DNA from: Nannocystaceae bacterium ST9
Lineage (GTDB): Bacteria > Myxococcota_A > Polyangia > Nannocystales > Nannocystaceae
DNA: 64,000 bases
NCBI GenBank assembly: GCA_048320885.1
Contig: JBLWFJ010000001.1
Coordinates: forward strand, 5,633,697-5,697,696
Reading direction: 5' to 3'
The translations under genes and the position numbers were made by a program. Under the pieces are notes generated by a model, which had not been told where the DNA came from, searched no databases, and was given only the letters and a program-made list of their open reading frames with translations. Shown here piece after piece: positions 57,022 to 64,000 of the stretch (its first letter is position 1; each line of letters starts with the position of its first letter).

Positions 57022-58062
57022 ATGCTGTCCAAGGAGCACCTCGGCATCGTCGAACTCTTGAGTCGCGACCTCGCGATCATCCCCGAGCTCCTCGCTCGCG
57101 CGGGTGGGCACGAGCCACCCAAGAATCTTCGCTACGAGCAGCGCGACGGCCGCTTGATCGCCTACGGCTTCGAGGGTCCGCCGCGCGAGATCCAGGTCGA
57201 CTTGTTGCTCGTCGTCTACCCGGCAGATGTGCCGGGTGGCGCCCCGCAGATCGTCCTGCCCATCGAGTGCCAACTCGGCATGGATCCCGAGAAGCTCTAC
57301 CGCTACGTCGAGTACTTGGCGACCGCACGCCGGGAGAATCGCTGTCCTGGCCAGACGGTGGTGTTCAGTCCCGACGATGAAGTGCTCGAGTACATCGAGC
57401 GCCTCTTCGCTCGCGAGCCGCACTTGTGCCCGGTGTTGCTAGGCAAGGATGCCGTGCCGAGGGTTCTCACGCGTGCCGAGGCGATCGCGCGGCCGGAGCT
57501 GGCGACCTTCGCCGCTATCGTGCACGCGGACACCGACGTCGATCAGCAGATTGCCCGCAACGCGCTGATCGGCGCGAGGCATGTCGCAACTCATCGTGGA
57601 CAAGCGAATGTCCGCATCTTGCTCAACTGTCTGGAGGAGGCTCAAGTGAACGAATTGCAGAAGACTCCCGAGTATCGCGAAACGGTCGAAGCATGGGACG
57701 AGTGGAAGCCAGGGCCTTGGTATCGCAAGACCTCCGGCTTCACCCGCGGTCTGCGAGAGGGCCGAGAGGAAGGCCGCGAGGAAGGCCGAGAAGCGGGCCG
57801 CGAGGAAGGCCGGGAAGCGGGCCGAGAAGAGGGCCGCGAGGAAGGCCGCGAGGAAGGCCGAGAAGCGGGCCGAGTCGAGGGCCGCGAAGAAGGCCGAGAA
57901 GAGGGGCTCCAGCGGGCGCTGAAGCTCGTCCTCACCGCGCGAGGTCTGATCCCGAGCACCGAGCAGCTCGCGTCGATCGAGGCCTGCACTTCGACCGAGA
58001 CGCTCGAGCGCTGGATCGAGCGGGCCGCGAAGGTCAGCGATCTCGACGCGCTACTGGGTTGA
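57022..58062 (+). CDS. Protein with an (EGRE)n repeat and a DUF4351-like C-terminal domain
   Basis: …GLREGREEGREEGREAGREEGREAGREEGREEGREEGREAGRVEGREEGREEG LQRALKLVLTARGLIPSTEQLASIEACTSTETLERWIERA…. This arrangement is seen in myxobacterial and cyanobacterial DUF4351 proteins. Confidence 0.6.
   Translation: MLSKEHLGIVELLSRDLAIIPELLARAGGHEPPKNLRYEQRDGRLIAYGFEGPPREIQVDLLLVVYPADVPGGAPQIVLPIECQLGMDPEKLYRYVEYLATARRENRCPGQTVVFSPDDEVLEYIERLFAREPHLCPVLLGKDAVPRVLTRAEAIARPELATFAAIVHADTDVDQQIARNALIGARHVATHRGQANVRILLNCLEEAQVNELQKTPEYRETVEAWDEWKPGPWYRKTSGFTRGLREGREEGREEGREAGREEGREAGREEGREEGREEGREAGRVEGREEGREEGLQRALKLVLTARGLIPSTEQLASIEACTSTETLERWIERAAKVSDLDALLG
57751..57906 (+). repeat. 12-nt tandem repeat (~13 units) encoding (EGRE)n
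   Basis: ggccgagaggaaggccgcgaggaaggccgagaagcgggccgcgaggaaggccgg… in-frame. Confidence 0.75.
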
Positions 58063-58885
58063 GCGCGAGACCGTGGATCCAGTCGACCATCGCCGCGCCG
58101 AGCTCGTCGGCGCGGGTCTTCTGGATGTTGTGCCCGCCGGTGGTGAAGCCGATCCGCGGTCCCGCGGGCAGGGCCACGCCCAGCTCCTCGGCGATCGCCG
58201 GCTCGACCAGCGGATCATCCTCGGCCCAAGCGATCAGCGTGGGCACGCGCAGCGCCGCGGCGGCGTTGCGGATCGCCACGAAGTCGACGCGCGCGACGAT
58301 GTCGACGCTGCGGTGGGTCTCGTGGGCGGGCGTGCGCTTGGGAAACCCGGCCCGCTGCATCGCGGCCTGGGTCAGCCGCATCATCGGCCGGCGCAACAGG
58401 GGCGTTCGCAGGCCGCGGGTCACCCAAGGGAGGCGGCTCTGAAACGCGCGCAGGGCTCGATGCGGGCGCAGACCGACCGAGGCCAGCAGGGCCAGGCCGA
58501 CGACGCGGTCGGGCGAGCGCGAGGCGGCGAGCAGCGCGGATGGCCCTCCGAACGAGTGTCCGACCAGGACCACGCGATCGAGCCCGAGCTGATCGAGCCG
58601 CCGCAACACGTGCTCGGCGATCGGCGAGAGTCGGGTCGAGATCGCCGAGCTCTCGCCGAACCCGGGCATGTCGAGTCGAACCACGCGCGCGTGCGGCTCG
58701 AGGCTCGGGGCCAGCCAGCGAAAGTCGCGGTGCGAGCCGGGCAGACCGTGGACCATCACGAGGGTGATCGGGCCGGCGCCGGCGTCGACCCAGCCGATGG
58801 TGCGGCCATCGAACACGGCGCGCTGGACAGGGGGATCGGAGGGATGCTCGGGCACGTGACGCGACCTCGCGGGCGGCTCTATCAT
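58034..58885 (-). CDS. Alpha/beta hydrolase fold protein
   Basis: Internal ATG MIEPPARS… …ITLVMVHGLPGSHRDFRW…VVLVGHSFGG… (GxSxG) …AEDDPLV…GGHN…. Start uncertain. Confidence 0.7.
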   Translation of the reverse strand: MIEPPARSRHVPEHPSDPPVQRAVFDGRTIGWVDAGAGPITLVMVHGLPGSHRDFRWLAPSLEPHARVVRLDMPGFGESSAISTRLSPIAEHVLRRLDQLGLDRVVLVGHSFGGPSALLAASRSPDRVVGLALLASVGLRPHRALRAFQSRLPWVTRGLRTPLLRRPMMRLTQAAMQRAGFPKRTPAHETHRSVDIVARVDFVAIRNAAAALRVPTLIAWAEDDPLVEPAIAEELGVALPAGPRIGFTTGGHNIQKTRADELGAAMVDWIHGLALNPVARRDR

Positions 58886-58903
58886 GCCGAGCACGACGCG
58901 ACC

Positions 58904-59461
58904 ATGGTGCTGCCCTACTACGCGCGGCTCTCGAACAAGCAACGGGCGATCTACCGGCGCAGCGACGCAGTTCGCAAGCTCGCGGTGCCCGAGGCCGCGC
59001 TCGCGCTGCCCCTGGTCGCCGGGCTCGAGCAGGCGCTCGCGGCCGGCAAGACGCGCGCGACCGGCCGCGCCGCGCATGGCCTGCTCGCCGAGCTCACCCG
59101 TCAGCTCGGCGTGGTCGCGCTCGGCCGGACCCGGGTGCTGAGCGTGCGCCCGAGCAACGCGAGCGGTGAGCTACACGGGCTCTACGAGCGTGGCCGGCCG
59201 GTCGAGGTGCTCGGCCGGACCGACACGCAGATCACCGTGTGGATGCGGACCGCCGCGCTCGCGCGGGTCGTCGCGTTTCGGACCTTCTTGCGCACGCTCT
59301 TGCACGAGCTCGTCCACCACCTCGACTACGAGCTCCTGCGCCTGCCCGACAGCCTGCACACCGAAGGCTTCTTCGCCCGCGAGTCGAGCCTGATGCGCCA
59401 GCTCGCGCCGGCGCCCGGCGAGGACGAGGCGGTCGAAGCTCAGCTCGAGCTGCCCTGGTGA
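58904..59461 (+). CDS. Putative HExxH zinc metallopeptidase-like protein (YgjP/DUF45-like)
   Basis: …RTFLRTLLHELVHHLDYELLRLPDSLHTEGFFARESSL… resembles the HEL.H…H motif of YgjP-family proteins. 185 aa. Confidence 0.45.
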   Translation: MVLPYYARLSNKQRAIYRRSDAVRKLAVPEAALALPLVAGLEQALAAGKTRATGRAAHGLLAELTRQLGVVALGRTRVLSVRPSNASGELHGLYERGRPVEVLGRTDTQITVWMRTAALARVVAFRTFLRTLLHELVHHLDYELLRLPDSLHTEGFFARESSLMRQLAPAPGEDEAVEAQLELPW

Positions 59462-59466
59462 CGGCG

Positions 59467-60087
59467 ATGCGCTTGGCGATCACCCTCATGCTCTTCGTCG
59501 GCGTCGCGGGCTGCGTGCGCGCGGACCAGACCTCGCTGCAGCCGGTGGCGATCGATCCGCGCGTGGCGATCGACGAGCCGAGCTACGGCGGCGATCCGAG
59601 CCAGCCCGCTCTGCTCGCGCTCGGCGATCGACTCGAGCTCGACCACTTGCCGGCGGGCGAAGGCCAGACGATCTCGCTGACCGAGGCGCGGGCGATCGGT
59701 CCCGTCGTGCTGGTCTGGCTCGGTGGGGCCGAGCACGCCGGCCTGATCGAGTGGGTCCGCGAGCTGGCCTCGGCGCTGCCCGAGCTCGAGGCCCGCGGGG
59801 CGACGCTGGTGATCGTTCGTCCGCTGCCGCCCGATCGCGCCGACGCGTTCGCGGCCGACCTGGACCTGCAGGCCGTGGTCGCGGCCGACGAACACGGCGA
59901 GCTGGCGATGGCGCTCGGCTGGGTCGAGCCGCTGCCCGAGTGGGCGCTGCTGGTGGTCGATCGCCAGTCGACGCTGCGCTACCGCAAGCTCGCGGGGCGG
60001 CGGCCGGGCCTCGACGAGCTGCTCGCGGCGATCGAAGGTCGAGCGCCGCGCTGCTGCGTCGACGAGTGCGAGCGCGCCTGCGAGTGA
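59467..60087 (+). CDS. Lipoprotein (hypothetical; possibly thioredoxin-like fold)
   Basis: Internal ATG MRLAITLMLFVGVAGC lipobox. C-terminal …CCVDECERACE. Confidence 0.5.
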   Translation: MRLAITLMLFVGVAGCVRADQTSLQPVAIDPRVAIDEPSYGGDPSQPALLALGDRLELDHLPAGEGQTISLTEARAIGPVVLVWLGGAEHAGLIEWVRELASALPELEARGATLVIVRPLPPDRADAFAADLDLQAVVAADEHGELAMALGWVEPLPEWALLVVDRQSTLRYRKLAGRRPGLDELLAAIEGRAPRCCVDECERACE

Positions 60088-60115
60088 GCGCGGAGCCGGA
60101 AGCTCGAACCAGAAG

Positions 60116-60988
60116 TCAGAACCGGAAGCCGAGCTTGGCCCCGAAGCTGTGCGGAGTGGCCGAGGGCGCGAACGCGAAGCGCATGCGCTGATACTTGGCC
60201 ATCCGCGAGCCGTACTGGCCCGACCACGCGAGCAAGCCGAAGCCGCTGGTCATCCCGACCACGCCGGCATCGGCGACGCCCAGCCAGAGCCCGCGGCGGC
60301 CGACGTGGCACTCGTAGGACACGCAGGGGTCCTTGGCGTCCATGTAGAGCAGCGCGCCTTCGGTCGCGAACGCGGCGATGCCCAGGCCGATCATGATGGC
60401 ACCGGCGACGCGCCGCGAGGTTCGGTTGCGGATCCGCCCGTCGCCGTAGTTGGACTCCCAGGCCTCGCGCTGGCCCAGCGCCGCGCCGCCGATCGAGGTC
60501 ATCACGATCGCCGAGCCGAACGCCACGCTGCTCGACAGGTAGTTGCCGGGGTTGTCGACGGTCTGGAAGCACGCGCCGACGCTGTCGAAGCCGCGCGGGT
60601 TCCATTCGTTGCACACGGCGGCCGCCGTGCCGAACTGATGCATCTGCATGCCGACGCCGATCGAGAACGCCAGCATGCCGCCGAAGAAGAGGCCCGCGCC
60701 CGTGCTCGGGCGGCGCGGGACGAGCGGAGCGATGGGCGTCGCGGGAGGCGGAGCGGCGACGGTGACGATCGTGGCTTCGGGCGCGACGGCGACCGAGACC
60801 GTGGTGTCGGCCGAGGGTCCCCAGGTCATCACGGGCGCGGGCTCGACCGCGGGCGCGGGCTCGACCGCGGGCGCGGGAGCGGGCTCGACCGCGGGCGCGG
60901 GCGCAGGCTCGCTGGTGATGACGAAGGCGTCGCCCTCGTCCGGAGGTGCGAGAGCCAGGAGCGTCGAGAGCACGAGTCCGGCGGTCAT
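60116..60988 (-). CDS. Secreted protein with (PAPAVE)n repeats and a beta-barrel-like C-terminus ending in F
   Basis: MTAGLVLSTLLALAPP signal. EPAPAPAVEPAPAPAVEPAPAVEPAP. Gly/aromatic-rich body. Terminal …GAKLGFRF. Confidence 0.5.
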   Translation of the reverse strand: MTAGLVLSTLLALAPPDEGDAFVITSEPAPAPAVEPAPAPAVEPAPAVEPAPVMTWGPSADTTVSVAVAPEATIVTVAAPPPATPIAPLVPRRPSTGAGLFFGGMLAFSIGVGMQMHQFGTAAAVCNEWNPRGFDSVGACFQTVDNPGNYLSSSVAFGSAIVMTSIGGAALGQREAWESNYGDGRIRNRTSRRVAGAIMIGLGIAAFATEGALLYMDAKDPCVSYECHVGRRGLWLGVADAGVVGMTSGFGLLAWSGQYGSRMAKYQRMRFAFAPSATPHSFGAKLGFRF

Positions 60989-61368
60989 CGAGCGAGAGCA
61001 TAGCAGCTCGGCGCGACGCCGATGGCGCCTGGTCCAGGACCCAGCAAACCCCGCGGCCGAGCCCGACGGGCCGCTCGGCCGCGCTGCGTTGCGGTTCGCA
61101 ACGGCTCGGAGCCCGCAGCTCGCCGAGCGGTGGGCACGTGCGATCCGACGTCGAGGCTCGCTCGGCTCGCGGACTCGCTCACGATCACGCTCGCACGCGC
61201 TCGCACGATCGCGAGACCGAGCACGTCGTCGCTCACGTCGTCGCTCACGATGATCACTCGCTCGCTTTCATGCCAATCGATCGACAGGGACGATCGATTG
61301 GCGGTGATTCGCATTGCGGGGTGTTCGTCGACGGTCGCATGATCGCGTGCATGTACGACTCTTGGAAG

Positions 61369-62613
61369 ATGGGTTCACGAGCGGCGCTCGGACTGTTCTG
61401 CTTGGTGTCCGCGGCCTGCTCCGACGATGGTTCGACCGACGACGAAGTCGGCGAGACCTCGACGGACACGCAGGGCGACACGGGCAGCGAGACCGCGACG
61501 GAGACGGGCTCGAGCTCGGCCGACACGAGCGAGTCCGACACGACGCAGGGCGACACGACCACCGACACGACCGGGTCGGACACGAGCGAGTCCGACACGA
61601 CCGGCAGCGACACGGCGACGACGAGCGACACGACCGGCACCGACACGACGACCGGCGAGCCCGACGTGTGCGGCGACGCGATGATCACCGGCGACGAGAT
61701 CTGTGACGACGGGGTCAACGACGGCTCCTACGCCGGCTGCAACCCCGACTGCCTCGGCCTGGCCGCCTACTGCGGTGACATGCAGGTCAACGGGCCCGAG
61801 GAGTGCGACGACGCGTTGAACGGCGACGCGGCCGACGGCTGCCTGGACAGCTGCGTGGTCCCGAACAGCTGCCTCGAGCTGCACGAGTACGACGCGATGC
61901 TCGGCGACGGCGTGTACCTGATCGATCCCGAGGGCTTCGACGGCGATCCCTTCGCGGCGACCTGCGACATGACCACCGACGGCGGCGGCTGGACCCTGGC
62001 GATGCGCTTCGCTCCGGCGATGGCCCAGTTCCACTTCTACTCGACCCACTGGACCACCAACAGCGTGGTCAACGAGCTGGTCACCGATCCCGTCGATCCC
62101 TCGGACGGCAAGTTCATGGCCTACAACGAGCTGCCCGGCGACGCGATCCGAGGCTGCCTGCGCAACCCGCAAGACATGAGCTGGGGCTGCAAGCCCTACG
62201 ACCTGCCGATGACCACCACGTTGCTCGATCTGTTCACCACGGTTCAGGTCGGCTCCGACGTGACCATGAAGGGCCTCTACTTCATGGAGACCCAGGCCGA
62301 GAAGGTCGAGTGGCTGACCATCCAGGGCCGCACGCTCGCGCAGTCGTCGGTGCCCAACCCCAACTACGTGCAGGTCGGGATCAACATCGACGACGATCAG
62401 TCCTGCTACGATGCTCGGGTCCGCTTCGGGCTGGTGCTCAACAACGAGAACTCGGTCGTGACGCTCAACGACGCGGCGGGCTTCGGCGCGCAGTCGTACT
62501 TCACGGCCGCCTGCGACCTCGGGCCGGGCGTCGACTCGGGCTGGAAGACGGCCTCGGGCTTCGCCGCCGGGCAGACCCTCTACAACACCGCCGGTCAGAT
62601 CTGGGTGCGCTGA
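61369..62613 (+). CDS. Lipoprotein with a T/D/S-rich linker, myxobacterial Cys-rich repeats and a fibrinogen-related (FReD-like) C-terminal domain
   Basis: MGSRAALGLFCLVSAACS lipobox. …CGDAMITGDEICDDGVNDGSYAGCNPDC…CGDMQVNGPEECDD… Then …GVYLIDPEGFDGDPFAATCDMTTDGGGWTLAMRF… (fibrinogen C-terminal signature). Confidence 0.7.
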   Translation: MGSRAALGLFCLVSAACSDDGSTDDEVGETSTDTQGDTGSETATETGSSSADTSESDTTQGDTTTDTTGSDTSESDTTGSDTATTSDTTGTDTTTGEPDVCGDAMITGDEICDDGVNDGSYAGCNPDCLGLAAYCGDMQVNGPEECDDALNGDAADGCLDSCVVPNSCLELHEYDAMLGDGVYLIDPEGFDGDPFAATCDMTTDGGGWTLAMRFAPAMAQFHFYSTHWTTNSVVNELVTDPVDPSDGKFMAYNELPGDAIRGCLRNPQDMSWGCKPYDLPMTTTLLDLFTTVQVGSDVTMKGLYFMETQAEKVEWLTIQGRTLAQSSVPNPNYVQVGINIDDDQSCYDARVRFGLVLNNENSVVTLNDAAGFGAQSYFTAACDLGPGVDSGWKTASGFAAGQTLYNTAGQIWVR

Positions 62614-62640
62614 CCCGACCAGGCTCGCGGCCGCCGGCGA

Positions 62641-63963
62641 TCACTCGAAGGTCGCCGGCGTGTCGTTCACGAGCGAGGTCATCTGGAATTGCCGGACGCC
62701 GCTCGGGTCGTACGCGACTTGGACGATCGGGTGGCCGAAGCTCGGCCACGAGCGCAGATCGAGCGCCCAGGTCGCCTCGCGCACGCAGGTCTGATCGGCC
62801 TCGACCACGACGATCTCCCGATCGAGGATCTCGAGCATCAGCGAGCCGGGCTCGACCACGCCGCACTCGCCGATCACCTGCTCGAGGGTCGTGGCGAAGG
62901 TCGAGAGGTCGGGCCAGCGGCCGGCGTGGGCGCGGCCGACCCCGCCGCAGCGAGTGCTGAACCCGTGCGAGCCGCTCATGAACCCGCCGCTGCCCCACAG
63001 CTCGGACGCGATCGAGCGGCCCTCGAAGCGGGCCTCGGCGACCAGCGAGGTCCAGGGCGAGGCGACCTTGGCCAGCTCCGCGAGCGCGCTCGCCTCGGCG
63101 TCGTCGAGCTCGATCCAGGGGTTGCGGCCGGTGGTCAGCAGGCCAGCCCAGCGCTGCTGGGCCGAGCGGCTGGGCTTGGCCGACCAAGTCAGCGGCCCGG
63201 CCCAGGTCGACGCTTCGAAGCCCACCCGCTCGATCGCCGGCGCGGCGAGTCGCTCGACCCATTCGATCGACTCGCCGGTCGCGAGCTCGGAGGTCAGCAG
63301 CGCGTCGGTCGTGCGACCGCGGGCGTCGGCGTGAGTCACCCGCAGGTCCCGGATCCGGTTGGGCGCGAGCAGCTCGGCGCCGTCGCGGGCCAGCTGCGAC
63401 TCGCTCATCGTGAAGCCGTAGTGCGCACCGCCGGCCGCGTGGGCGATCGATGTCCAGGGATGGTCGAGGGGCATCGGCACGAGCGAGTAGCCGCTGTCCG
63501 GTCGGATCACGTGCATGCGGACCTCGCTGGCCTCGGCCGCGTCGAGCTGCTCGGCGAGCGGGAAGCCGTCGCGCAGCTCGAGGTCGCTGACCAGCAGCAG
63601 CCAGTCGACGCCGACTTCGCCCTCGGCCCGGGCCTCGCTCAGCAGCGCGCGCGCGTGGTCGAGGGCCAGGCCGGGCTCGCTGCCGTTACGACCGACCACC
63701 GGCTCGAGCATGCGCGCGCGAGCCTGGGTCGGCTCGACGAACTCGCCGAACACCGGGCGGACCTCGCGGTCGAAGTGCAGGATCTCGACCCGCGCGTCGG
63801 GCTGGGCCAACGCCAGCGCGTCGAGGTAGGCGGCCGCGAGCGCCTGGCTGCTCGCCCGATCGCTGAACGAGTACGAGCCGTCGACGACCACGACCACGCG
63901 GCGAACCGGGGGGAGATCGACGATCGCGAGCGGGACGTCGAGCTCGGCCGCGACCAGGCTCAT
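62641..63963 (-). CDS. von Willebrand factor A domain protein (N-terminus possibly truncated by the window edge)
   Basis: …RRVVVVVDGSYSFSD… MIDAS DxSxS motif. The listed start is 37 nt from the window end. Confidence 0.55.
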   Translation of the reverse strand: MSLVAAELDVPLAIVDLPPVRRVVVVVDGSYSFSDRASSQALAAAYLDALALAQPDARVEILHFDREVRPVFGEFVEPTQARARMLEPVVGRNGSEPGLALDHARALLSEARAEGEVGVDWLLLVSDLELRDGFPLAEQLDAAEASEVRMHVIRPDSGYSLVPMPLDHPWTSIAHAAGGAHYGFTMSESQLARDGAELLAPNRIRDLRVTHADARGRTTDALLTSELATGESIEWVERLAAPAIERVGFEASTWAGPLTWSAKPSRSAQQRWAGLLTTGRNPWIELDDAEASALAELAKVASPWTSLVAEARFEGRSIASELWGSGGFMSGSHGFSTRCGGVGRAHAGRWPDLSTFATTLEQVIGECGVVEPGSLMLEILDREIVVVEADQTCVREATWALDLRSWPSFGHPIVQVAYDPSGVRQFQMTSLVNDTPATFE

Positions 63964-64000
63964 CGGCTCGCGGCTGGCGTCGAGCTCGTGCAGATCGATC

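Noticed and set aside
58844-58903. Earlier in-frame ATG (MLGHVTRP…) for the HExxH protein
   Set aside because: It would overlap the start region of the convergent/divergent alpha/beta hydrolase on the other strand. The downstream ATG at 58904 gives a non-overlapping arrangement.

Overview
This 64 kb window is ~70% GC, dense in Ser/Thr kinases, lipoproteins and low-complexity linkers, and reads as a myxobacterial (Myxococcota-like) chromosome segment. It holds four to five functional blocks. First block (1-14.1 kb): a DevBCA-type tripartite ABC exporter (adaptor C-terminus, FtsX-like permease, ATPase); a CotH-kinase/MopE-like/C-type-lectin lipoprotein; a group-II truncated haemoglobin; a WD40 Ser/Thr kinase; two tandem paralogues that fuse a ribosomal bL12 C-terminal-domain-like module to a TIGR02996/LRR body; and thyA-folA. 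Second block (14.25-18.6 kb): a three-gene, translationally coupled nitrogenase-like operon. Gene 1 is an unmistakable NifH/BchL-family Fe-protein ATPase (P-loop, switch regions and both [4Fe-4S] cysteines present) with an ~80 aa C-terminal extension. Genes 2 and 3 are large proteins with NifD/K / BchN/B-like motifs. No nifB/EN, bch or cfb genes lie nearby. I consider this the most likely undescribed system in the window. Third block (19.9-36 kb): histidine kinase plus receiver paired with a divergent paralogous receiver; an ECF sigma factor plus a TPR Ser/Thr kinase; a DUF222-HNH endonuclease in a low-GC pocket; hemN; and an orphan BoxB-family diiron oxygenase followed by a micro-membrane protein and a large HTTM (vitamin-K-carboxylase-like) membrane protein. 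Fourth block (36-52 kb): hypFCDE hydrogenase-maturation genes with no hydrogenase structural genes in view, then a complete minus-strand cbb3 oxidase locus (ccoS, fused ccoNO, ccoQ, ccoP, ccoG, ccoH, a TauE-like protein, ccoI, a cytochrome c) with an IS3-family element inserted 240 bp upstream. Final block (52-64 kb): hydrolases, a GH5 enzyme, repeat-rich secreted proteins, a fibrinogen-related-domain lipoprotein and a vWA protein. Coding density is high, and ATGA/GTGA start-stop overlaps are pervasive. Most of the long antisense ORFs in the supplied track are GC-driven artefacts. Coordinates come mainly from arithmetic on the ORF track. The reference window may differ by ±1 nt from the displayed line numbering.
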